DNA from: Pedosphaera sp.
Lineage (GTDB): Bacteria > Verrucomicrobiota > Verrucomicrobiia > Limisphaerales > UBA9464
Reading direction: 5' to 3'
Assembly: GCA_009695205.1 (NCBI GenBank)
Contig: SIBK01000002.1
Span: forward strand, 6,153 to 70,152
DNA: 64,000 nt
Position 1 is the stretch's first letter; every line of letters starts with the position of its first letter. Shown piece after piece: positions 39,531 to 48,854 of the stretch. Below the pieces are notes generated by a model that was given only the letters and a program-made list of their open reading frames with translations, was not told the DNA's origin and made no database searches. The position numbers and the translations under genes were made by a program.

Positions 39531-42236
39531 ATGTCTATCCCCGCGCAAACTCCCGCCCCCTCCCCCCCGGCAGGAGTGGCCGTCCGTCTTCCCGAGTTGT
39601 TGGCGCCTGCGGGGGATTGGGAATGCGCTCGCGCTGCCGTGGAAAATGGCGCGGATGCCATTTATTTCGGCTTGGATCGCTTCAATGCAAGAATGCGGGC
39701 CCACAATTTTTCCGGGGCGGATTTGCCTCGATTGATGCATTTTCTCCATCGGCGTGGCGTTCGAGGTTACGTCACTTTCAACACGCTCGTTTTTCCTGAC
39801 GAATTGTCCGCAGCCACCGATCTGCTTCGCACGATTATTGCCGCGGGCGTCGACGCGGCCATCGTCCAGGACGTGGGGATTTGCCGGTTGATCCGACGAC
39901 TTTCACCGGATTTTCCGATTCATGCCTCCACACAGATGACCGTCACGAGCGTGGCGGGCGTCGAGTTTGTTCGTGAGCTCGGGTGTGAATTGGTCGTCCT
40001 GGCTCGTGAGAATTCATTGAGGGAAATTCGGACGATTCGTGAGGCGATGGTCCAATCAGGGGTGGGCGCGCCGACGTTGCTTGAGGTTTTTGTGCATGGC
40101 GCTCTGTGCGTGGCGTATTCCGGGCAATGCCTGACCAGCGAAGCCCTCGGGGGTCGTAGCGCCAATCGTGGCGAATGCGCGCAGGCCTGCCGAATGCCCT
40201 ACGAACTCATCTCCGACGGACATCTCGTGCCGTTGGGGGATCGTCGATATCTTTTGTCGCCGCAGGATCTGGCGGGTCTCGGGGTCTTGCCCGATCTGGC
40301 GGCAGCGGGGGTTTCCTCACTTAAAATTGAGGGACGACTGAAGTCGGCCGAGTATGTGGCGAGCATCACGCGGGTTTACCGAAAAGCACTGGACGCCATG
40401 GGGTCGGCCGGTGGGGATTCCTCCCGGGCCGGAGTTTCGTCCGGGACACGGGTCAATGCGGGCGTAGACGAGGCAACACAGTACGAGATGGAGATGGCGT
40501 TCAGTCGCGGGCTTTATCCCGGATGGTTTCGAGGCATCAACAACCAGGAACTCGCGCATGCCCGGTTCGGAAAAAAACGCGGCGTCCGAGTTGGCGAAGT
40601 GGTTCGACTGGACCGGGACCGCGTCTCGGTACGGCTATCTGGACCCGTAAAGCCGGGAGACGGGCTAGTCTTTGACGCGGGCCGGCCTGACCAACCGGAG
40701 CAGGGGGGGCGGGTGTATGAAGTGTTCGGGTCCTCGGCAATAGCGACGGCAGCAGCCACCGCAGCTGCGTCGAAAAAAGGGGCAGGGGAGGTCGTGCTAA
40801 CGTTTGGTCACGACGCCATTGACTGGTCGCAGGTCAACGTTGGCGATCGGGTGTGGAAAACGAGTGATCCGCAGTTAACCCGTGAGGTGCAACAGACTTT
40901 TGCTGGTGAGGTGCCTCGGTTTCAACGGCCGGTGGATGTCGAGGTTCACGGGCGGGCGGGTGGTGCATTGACCACGATTTTTCAGGACCGGGAAGGTCGA
41001 ATGGTCCAGGTGAAATCCCACGTGCAATTGGAGAGTGCACGAAAATCGCCGCTCACCCTGGAGCGGCTTCGCGATCAACTCGGACGCCTCGGCGGAACTC
41101 CATTCCAATTGGGAATTCTCCACAATCATCTCGAAGGCGACGTCATCCTTCCAGTGAGCGAATTGAATCGAATCCGGCGGGAAGCGGTCGCCCAACTGGA
41201 AGCCTTACGGAGCCGTCCGTTGCGATGGACCCTTCGGGAACTCCCGGACGAAGTGCCCCTGTTTGATCCGCCGGCTCCCCCGGTTCGGATTTCGGGCGAT
41301 GGGGCGCAGTCGGCGCAGTTGACGGTACTGGTTCGCGATCTGGCGCAGATGGACGCTGCGGCAACGGCAGGCGTACAGACCGTCTATTGCGATTTCGAGG
41401 ATCCGAAAAAATACCGTGCGGCTGTGGTACGCTTCCACGAAATTCGAGGAGCCAGCGCCTGTTCGAATCCTGGATCTCCGGAGGCGGATGCGGAGGTGTT
41501 TGTCGCTCCGCCGCGAATCACCAAGCCCGGCGAAGAGTGGATCCTGCGAATCGTGCGATCGTCCGACGCGGATGGTTATCTCGTGAGAAACTATGATCAT
41601 TTGAAGTATTTTTCGGAGTGTCGCAAGATTGGCGACTACTCCTTTAACGTCGCGAACCAATTGACTGCGGAATACTTCAAGCAGCATTGCGGGTTGGAGC
41701 GCATTACGGCGAGTTATGACTTGAATTCTGAACAGTTGGAGTCGCTGTTCAAGGCAGCGCCCGCCGAATGGTTCGAGCTAACGATCCACCAGCACATGCC
41801 GATGTTCCATATGGAGCACTGCGTGTATTGTGCATTCCTGTCAACCGGCACGGACTATACCAATTGCGGACGCCCTTGCGATCGTCATGCGGTGTCACTG
41901 CGAGACCGTGTGGGTGTAGAGCATCCGTTGAAGGCGGATGCGGGATGTCGCAATACGGTGTTTAATGCGCGGGCGCAGACGGGCGCAGAGCATGTGGACC
42001 GTTTCCTAAATCTAGGAGTGCGGCGGTTCCGCTTGGAATTCGTCAATGAAACGCCGGCGGAGGTGAGGGCGACGATCGTACGGTACCGGGCCCTGTTGCG
42101 AGGCGAACTTTCCGGAACGCGATTATGGCAGGAATTGAAGCTAGTGAGCCAGCTTGGAGTGACGCGTGGGCAGATGGAGTTATCGGGAGAGCGCAAGGTT
42201 TTCCCCAAAGAAACGGCACGAAGTCGCGCAAACTGA
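39531..42236 (+). CDS. U32-family protein (peptidase U32 / RlhA-TrhP-UbiU-like), tandem two-module form
   Basis: The N-module has ELLAPAGDWECARAAVENGADAIYFG and the U32 signature LEVFVHGALCVAYSGQCLTS. A collinear C-terminal module has VLVRDLAQ...GVQTVYCDF, ...GYLVRNYDHL..., ...FELTIHQHMPMFHMEHCVYCAFLS. Confidence 0.8.
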   Translation: MSIPAQTPAPSPPAGVAVRLPELLAPAGDWECARAAVENGADAIYFGLDRFNARMRAHNFSGADLPRLMHFLHRRGVRGYVTFNTLVFPDELSAATDLLRTIIAAGVDAAIVQDVGICRLIRRLSPDFPIHASTQMTVTSVAGVEFVRELGCELVVLARENSLREIRTIREAMVQSGVGAPTLLEVFVHGALCVAYSGQCLTSEALGGRSANRGECAQACRMPYELISDGHLVPLGDRRYLLSPQDLAGLGVLPDLAAAGVSSLKIEGRLKSAEYVASITRVYRKALDAMGSAGGDSSRAGVSSGTRVNAGVDEATQYEMEMAFSRGLYPGWFRGINNQELAHARFGKKRGVRVGEVVRLDRDRVSVRLSGPVKPGDGLVFDAGRPDQPEQGGRVYEVFGSSAIATAAATAAASKKGAGEVVLTFGHDAIDWSQVNVGDRVWKTSDPQLTREVQQTFAGEVPRFQRPVDVEVHGRAGGALTTIFQDREGRMVQVKSHVQLESARKSPLTLERLRDQLGRLGGTPFQLGILHNHLEGDVILPVSELNRIRREAVAQLEALRSRPLRWTLRELPDEVPLFDPPAPPVRISGDGAQSAQLTVLVRDLAQMDAAATAGVQTVYCDFEDPKKYRAAVVRFHEIRGASACSNPGSPEADAEVFVAPPRITKPGEEWILRIVRSSDADGYLVRNYDHLKYFSECRKIGDYSFNVANQLTAEYFKQHCGLERITASYDLNSEQLESLFKAAPAEWFELTIHQHMPMFHMEHCVYCAFLSTGTDYTNCGRPCDRHAVSLRDRVGVEHPLKADAGCRNTVFNARAQTGAEHVDRFLNLGVRRFRLEFVNETPAEVRATIVRYRALLRGELSGTRLWQELKLVSQLGVTRGQMELSGERKVFPKETARSRAN

Positions 42237-42344
42237 CTTGAAACGACAACCACCCAGCACCGATTCAGCTTCCCAAGGGTCCCGGGTGACCATCGTCAGA
42301 AAAAGCTGCCAAATACTGCAGCGTGGACACGGTCTCTCGGCTCG

Positions 42345-42640
42345 TCACGTTGGCGTCCCGCGCCAGAGGTCGTCGTTGAGAATCGCGTCGGCTGCGCCGC
42401 CGGTGCAATGTACCGTCGCCGTGGAGGCTCCCAGGGCCAAGGCCACCCGGAACTCAACGGCGGTCAGCGCACCGCCTGCACTTGCTCCGACGTGTGCACG
42501 ATTCCCCGTGCGCCGCACAGGTCGGTGAACTGTTCCACCGGGTCCGGGTAGCTGCTCCATTTCCGCACGCACTTCTCCACGAAGCTGCGGCAGGAAACGT
42601 AAGCACAGGCGGCCGGAGGAGGACAAGAGCGGCGAAGCTT
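42345..42640 (-). pseudogene. Carboxymuconolactone-decarboxylase/AhpD-like gene remnant (tentative)
   Basis: Two minus-strand frames join, with a 1-nt shift near 42470-42476, to give ...DPVEQFTDLCGARGIVHTSEQVQAG ALTAVEFRVALALGAS... This resembles the CMD core (..C..C...HT.....GAT.EEI.EAL.VA...G) with the second Cys lost. No credible N-terminus. Confidence 0.3.
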
Positions 42641-42757
42641 TGGAGCGCGATGGCGAGCGAAGCACGATATCACCTTGGCGGGAACTCTGAAACCAGTCCT
42701 GCAATTGTAGACAAAACCTTGAAAGGGATTCGGGTACATTTGGCTTCGGTTGCCCTC

Positions 42758-44949
42758 ATGACACATCTCTGACTTCTCTTGCTGGTGCTGTGCCTGGCAA
42801 GGCCCTTGGAGGTGGAGGGCTTGGCAATTGAGCTGCGGGGAGGCGTTCCTTTCGTAGAATTCGCCGAAAGTCCTCGGCAAAGCCTCTTGTTGGAGCGCAG
42901 CACGGGGTTGGCAAGTTGGGAAGAAATCGCGCGCGTGCAAGAACGACTATGGGCTTATGGCGACTGGGCGGCAGTCGGCAAGCCGCAGGCCTTCTACCGC
43001 ATCTCGCAGAGGCCTTTGACCTCGATTGACGACTGGTCGAATCAACTCTCGCCTTCCAATGACGCTCTCTTCACACCCGGAACAGGAAGTGGTCTTGCGG
43101 CAACGCGTTTTGCGAAGTTTTCTATCCTGCTCGACGGCACGGACCGGGTGTATTTTCAGGATTCTGTGAAGTGGCCTTTTCACTACTCCTTTGCCAGGGC
43201 AAGGCTCCCGGGCTATGCGACGATGACCGTCCTCGAGTTCAATGCTCAGGGCTCTATGCGAATGAGGGTCAGCGAATGGCCCTCGGCTCCATCCTGAGGG
43301 CGCCCGATCCTCTGGTGCATGAAGTTAGCATTGACATCACCGGCTCTGAACCTTTCCCGGCCGCGCGGGTGGCCCAGTGGATTGAGACGGTGCAGAGCCA
43401 CCTCGTGCGCGATCCAGGCTGGCGCGTTTTCTACATGCCTTCCACAGAGCAGCAGCCTGCAGCTGAAGCAAACTTGGCGATCTTTCAAGCCCGCGGCATC
43501 GTCCTTGGTTCGCCGTCCCGGTGGGCCGCGGAAAATGCGTGTTACTCTTCAGGTTGGGCGTTGGGAAAGCTCGTCGCCGTGCCCGGCTCCCAGATCACTG
43601 CTGCGCTGGCCGATGGATGGCTCGGGCTCGGTGATATTCTTGTCACGGACCGTGTCCCCACCGAACTGCCGGTGCTGGCCAGTTACATCACGCGGGAGCC
43701 CGCTACGCCAAACTCTCACATCGCCCTTCTGGCCCAATCTTTTGCCCTCCCTTTCGCGTACGCCAGGCGCAGCGGGCTCCGAGCGGAGATCGATAGTCTG
43801 GTCGGTAAAGACGTGCTACTCCTGGCCGAAGAAGTGGATGGAGCATGCCAGATCACGCTGAAAGACACCACGGGCCTCCTCACTCCAGTGAGACGGCAAG
43901 AGATTCTCGACAGCAAGCGCGGCGGAGCCGTCCGCGTCACACCGATTACACCGGCGGGTGCTCTCAGCCTTGGAGTGGACACGCTGACTCCCGCGGATTT
44001 GAAATACGTCGGTGGTAAAGCATCTAACTTTGGTTTTCTCCGCCGCAGCCTGCCTCAGGAGACGCCTCATCCCGTTATCGCCTTCACTTTCGACCTTTGG
44101 ACTTCCTACCTCGACCAGGCGCTGCCGACGGGATTCACTCTCCGCGAGGAAATTAATTCCCATTTGTCCCGGCACACGTACCCGCCAAATGTCGCAGCCC
44201 TCCATGCCGATCTCGCCGCTGTGCGGGTCCTTGTGATGGAGGGGGCGGACTTCGGCTCCATCGAGCGAGCAGCCATCATCGCAAGGCTCCGGAAGAATGG
44301 ATTGAAGGGACGCAAGATTCGTTTCCGTAGCTCGACCAACGTGGAAGATGGCGAGAGCTTTAGTGGCGCCGGGTTGTACGACAGCTTCAGCGGCTGCTTG
44401 GAGGACGATCTGGATGGAGACATCACGGGCCCGAGTCTTTGCGATCCCGCCGAACTCAACGAGAGGGGTGTTTTTCAGGCGCTGAAGAAAGTTTACGGGA
44501 GCTTTTACAACGAGAACGCCTTCTTGGAGCGACTTCGCCATGGCGTGCGTGAGTCCGATGTCGGCATGGCGGTACTCGTCCATTTTTCGTCTCCAGATGA
44601 GGATGAAATGGCCAACGGCGTGGCTACGCTTGCCATCGACAAGAGTGGCCCGATTCGCAAGGCTAGCGTCCACCTCGTCAGTCAAATCGGCTCCGAATCT
44701 GTAACCAATCCCGACCCAGCCAAACGGCCCGAAGTCGTCGCCTCCACCTACACCGGACTCACCCCCGACGACGCAGTGCTGACGCGCATAGAAGCCTCGT
44801 CGCTCACAGAGAACGGAGCCTCTGTAATGCCCTGGGACGCTGCCTATCGAATACTCCTGGCCCAACTTAATACCGCCACCCTGGCCTGGGAACACTATTA
44901 CCCAGCCCTGGTGACGTTCGAACTCGACTTCGAGTTCAAGCGCACCTAA
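42758..44949 (+). pseudogene. Exported(?) protein with a PEP/pyruvate-binding (PPDK_N, ATP-grasp) domain, disrupted
   Basis: ATG 42758 reads MTHL[TGA 42770-42772]LLLLVLCLARP. The N-terminal region ends ...TVLEFNAQG and continues in another frame (shift at the GGG run 43249-43251) as LYANEGQRMALGSIL... PPDK_N motifs are KYVGGKASNFGFL, IRFRSSTNVEDGESFSGAGLYDS, and GMAVLVHFSSPDEDEMANGVAT. No swivel-His or PEP-utilising C-terminal domain. Confidence 0.65.
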
Positions 44950-45025
44950 CCCGGATCTCTCGGCCTAAAACAAATCCGCACCGTTCCGCATCCCGCGCCG
45001 GTGCCACCCCCATCCATCCCCTGAT

Positions 45026-46220
45026 ATGTTGCCTAGCTGCCAACGCGTCGTCATTCTCCTCACCGTTTTCGGCCTCGGAGTCCATCCCACCGCCACCGCC
45101 CAATCTCTCGAAATCACCGGATTCACCCGCCAGCCCACAACCGTTACGCTCGACTGGAAGGGTGGTCACGGGCCGTACCGGATCGAAACGTCGCGGGATT
45201 TACTGCGTTGGAGTGAACAGGGCGAGCCGGAGACTGCACGGAACCACTCCATTGCGAGCTTCGGCGACGCCGCTGCCTATCGTGTCATTGATCTCAATGC
45301 GGAGGATAAATCCGGACCGTTTTTTGGACTTATCCAAAGCGATCAGGGCGAATTCGGCGACCTAATGGCCCGTCATCGGTTGAAGTTCCGCTGGTGGCTT
45401 CATAAACCACTTGGGACACTCTCCACGGTGCCAGCCACGTTCTTTCGCCAGTTGTTTGTGCACACCCAGTTCCTCGAAGACGGCTTGGTGAAGACCCGGA
45501 CCGGAACGTTGGAATCGATCGCCACCCTTGCGACCCCGGGCAATGCCAAAAAGATGACCGCTACCTGGACCCGGGGGGAACGGGGCAACCCTACGGACTT
45601 TTGTGCTCACGTTGGATTTTCCGTACAACGTCAATACGTCTCGCGCCACACAACCCAAACCGAGTGATCCCTCTTACACCCTAAACTGCACCTACGCGAC
45701 GCCTCAGCCCAAGCTCGATACATTCGACATGACCTTCGGCAGCATCAGGGCCGAGAGCACCGACCTCGTCGAAGTGGCACCCCCCGAAGATCCCTTACAG
45801 ACCTGGCTCAATCGGAACTTCACCGTGACCGACCATGGTGCACAAATTCGGGTCAGTTTTCGCGAGGGGTTGCCTTTGTTTCAAGGCTTGCCGCCATTCA
45901 TTTTCAAGACCTATATCCTCGCGGAATGGAGCTCTCCCAGCACCGCAGGCGGCGGCACTCTGCCTACCTTTTCCACGGACAGTTTCTTCGCACGCACTGT
46001 CCTTCCAGGACACCACAATTTCTTCCACAACTTCCTCTTCGAACCCGCTGTCGATCCGGCCCTGAGCGAGTCGACACGCAGCGCACTGAAAGCCGCGAAT
46101 ATCCGCTACCTTTTCGCCTTCCATGCCTCCGCTTTCGGCGACGACGGCCCTCCCGACATCATCCGCACCATCGGCGCCGATAACTCGATTCGCACTACTC
46201 AGGCTCTATCCCCACAGTAG
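45026..46220 (+). pseudogene. Exported hypothetical protein, probably frameshifted (or two overlapping ORFs)
   Basis: Signal peptide MLPSCQRVVILLTVFGLGVHPTATAQS. The 213-aa and 205-aa ORFs overlap by 65 nt in different frames and read continuously (...ERGNPTDF / VLTLDFPYNV...) across a T4 run at 45599-45602. Confidence 0.5.
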
Positions 46221-46222
46221 CC

Positions 46223-48001
46223 TCATTGCTCCAAACTTACATCGATGGCGTCGTATGCCTTTCCGAGGAAAACGATGGCAATGCCGATTTCCGTATAGAG
46301 AACGGCGGCCCCTCCGGCACCCGCCAGCAGGAAGGCGATCCAGGGAGAGACAAACTGTCCCAGCCAAAACATGCTGGCAGCGACGAGTGCGACCGGGATC
46401 AGGCTGACCGAAAGCGTGATGAGTTGGCCAACAGCGAGAATCACGCGTTGGCCGGTCGCCTCCAGACCCGGTCCCGGCCCCTCCTTGGTGGAGTGCACCC
46501 AAGCTGGGAAGAGCAGGGCGGCCGCCACGGGGAGCATGGCGAGAAGCATGATCAGCCCTGGGCCGATCGTGAGGAGGGCGACAGAGACACCCAGCAAAAT
46601 TGGCCAGTGGACAGGCAGGGGTTGGCCGGCAATGGCGAAGAGAGCGACCCCGAGAAAGCACACGAGCTGTCGGCATAGGGTGCTACCTAATCCTCCAAGG
46701 AACTCTCCAGCGACAAACTGCCTACCGGTCAGCGGCAAAGTTTTATAGTGATCCACCATCCGGAGGTCCTGGCGGACCCGGGCGGTAATCTCCATCACTC
46801 CGAGGACGACAAGGATGGCCGCAATACCGAGGGGCAGAAGAGCGGCGGAACTCCGCAGGCTCTCGAGGATCTCAGCATTGGGACAGATCCGGATTCCGAT
46901 GGCTGCGAGGACGAGGACGCCAATCGCTATCGCGTAATTCCGTGGTCGGGACCGCAGTTCAATCAGGTGCTTCCAGGCGAGCGCGAGGGCCGGATTTCCC
47001 TCGGGCCGGAGCAAGAATGCTGCGGGACGCACGATGGGTTTTGGCATGCCGACGCGCTGGTGGCGAGTTCGGGCGTTGGCGATTCGGTCGGCCCATCGGC
47101 GGGCGCGTTCAAGGGATGCCTCCTCGAAGGAGACGTCGGAGCGATCCACCCAAACGAAGAGTATGGCAAGGACGAACAGGGCGGGGCCGATGGCAAGGGC
47201 AAATTCGGTTGGGGAGCCCGCGAGCCAAGGCCGTACGAGCAGGCGAAAAGGCCAGAGGAGCCACGGAGCAGGTCCTGAAGTAAAGATGTGTTGTGCGAAA
47301 TCACGCCAACCTTCGGGGGAACTGGGGATTCCCCCCTGTACGAGAAGGGCGACCCGTCCCCACCAGAGCACGGTGCCCACGACCGCGAAGCCGACGAGAC
47401 TTGTGAGCGTCCGGCGGAGCCAGGAGGACAGTCCGCGTTCCGTGATCCGCTGCACCACAAACGATGCGCCAAGGGAGTGCAGGCTGAGGGCAGCGAGGAC
47501 CACCCACCACCCGGCAATGCGCAGAACGGCGTGACCTCCGGCGAACGTGCGTCCGGTGAAAAACCAGAGTATCAGAGATGAAATCAGCAGGCCTGTCTGG
47601 CTGGATGCGAGTTTGTATCGGATCAGCGTCCTGCGGGAGATCGGTGCGGGCAGGAGATGTGCCAGCTCTGTTTCTGAAAATGCGAGGGATGAGCGGGGGC
47701 CGGAAAAAAACCAGGCACCAAGCACGAAAAAGAACACGCCGGTGGCGGCCATTCCCTCCATCAGATTACGGAGATCCAGGGTGAATCCCTGCGCGAATGG
47801 AAAACCGGCGGGCGCGGAGCGCGGAAAGAACACTCCCCCCAGTACGAATCGGCCGATGTAGACATATAAATAGGCTAATCCGACCACGGCGCCGATCAGG
47901 TACTTGGGCTGGCGCAAACGGTGAATCCGAGACCGGAGTCGATTCCAGAAGGACTGGGTCTGGAGGAAAAACAAGGCTTGGATGACAGACCAGGTATTCA
48001 A
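46223..48001 (-). CDS. Polytopic membrane protein, putative ABC exporter permease
   Basis: 592 aa with at least 10 hydrophobic segments, immediately downstream (43 nt) of the ABC ATPase. TTG start. Confidence 0.7.
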   Translation of the reverse strand: MNTWSVIQALFFLQTQSFWNRLRSRIHRLRQPKYLIGAVVGLAYLYVYIGRFVLGGVFFPRSAPAGFPFAQGFTLDLRNLMEGMAATGVFFFVLGAWFFSGPRSSLAFSETELAHLLPAPISRRTLIRYKLASSQTGLLISSLILWFFTGRTFAGGHAVLRIAGWWVVLAALSLHSLGASFVVQRITERGLSSWLRRTLTSLVGFAVVGTVLWWGRVALLVQGGIPSSPEGWRDFAQHIFTSGPAPWLLWPFRLLVRPWLAGSPTEFALAIGPALFVLAILFVWVDRSDVSFEEASLERARRWADRIANARTRHQRVGMPKPIVRPAAFLLRPEGNPALALAWKHLIELRSRPRNYAIAIGVLVLAAIGIRICPNAEILESLRSSAALLPLGIAAILVVLGVMEITARVRQDLRMVDHYKTLPLTGRQFVAGEFLGGLGSTLCRQLVCFLGVALFAIAGQPLPVHWPILLGVSVALLTIGPGLIMLLAMLPVAAALLFPAWVHSTKEGPGPGLEATGQRVILAVGQLITLSVSLIPVALVAASMFWLGQFVSPWIAFLLAGAGGAAVLYTEIGIAIVFLGKAYDAIDVSLEQ

Positions 48002-48044
48002 ATAACGGAGAGGGTCTCGCGGGATGGAAAGACGGCGCGCCTCC

Positions 48045-48821
48045 TTAGGTCAGTGGCGGTGGCGCGGCGGGATCAGACGACGGCGGCGGAGGGGTGTCCC
48101 CCTGTGTGGCAATTCGCATAAACACCTCCTCGAGATCGACACCGGAATCGCCGCGGGCAAATTGATCCCGCACATCTTGCAACGATCCGAAGGCGGCGAG
48201 GATACCGCGTTTGACGACTAGAATATGCGTACAGATCTCCTCAAGAAGGTGGAGGAGATGCGAACTGATGATCACGGAGGCGCCGTCCCGAGCAAGTTGG
48301 CGGATCGTCTCCTTGGTCCGGCGGATGGCGAGCGGGTCCAAGCCGGTGAGGGGTTCATCGAATAGGATCACTTTTGGCGAGTGGATCAGGCCGCAGGCGA
48401 GTGCGACCTTTTGCTTCATGCCGCGCGAGAGTTCGTTCGGGAGAGAGTCCTTCTTCTCGGAGAGTTCGAGTTCCTCCAGCAAGCGAGGCGCCCGTGCGTC
48501 GGCATCCTTAACCCCATAGATGCGGGCAACGAACGCGAGGTGTTGGGCGACGGTCAGGTACTCGAACAGCCGCGGTTCATCGGCAAAAAATGCGAGTTGC
48601 CGCTTTGCGGCGATGGAGTCGGTTGCGAGATCGCATCCGGCGAGCCGGATATTGCCCCGGGTGAGAGGAATAATTCCGGCGAGGCATCGAAGGCAGGTGG
48701 TTTTTCCGGCGCCATTTGGGCCGACCAGGCCCAGGAGCTGCCCGGGTTGCACGGTGAATGACAGATCCGAAACCGCGGCGAAGGAGCCGTAAAGTTTGGT
48801 GAGTTGCGAGACTTCGATCAT
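48045..48821 (-). CDS. ABC transporter ATP-binding protein
   Basis: Walker A GLVGPNGAGKTT, signature LSRGMKQKVAL, Walker B VILFDEPLTGLD. Confidence 0.9.
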   Translation of the reverse strand: MIEVSQLTKLYGSFAAVSDLSFTVQPGQLLGLVGPNGAGKTTCLRCLAGIIPLTRGNIRLAGCDLATDSIAAKRQLAFFADEPRLFEYLTVAQHLAFVARIYGVKDADARAPRLLEELELSEKKDSLPNELSRGMKQKVALACGLIHSPKVILFDEPLTGLDPLAIRRTKETIRQLARDGASVIISSHLLHLLEEICTHILVVKRGILAAFGSLQDVRDQFARGDSGVDLEEVFMRIATQGDTPPPPSSDPAAPPPLT

Positions 48822-48854
48822 CGCCGTGTGACGTGAACGGGTGGGTGTCGGGTC

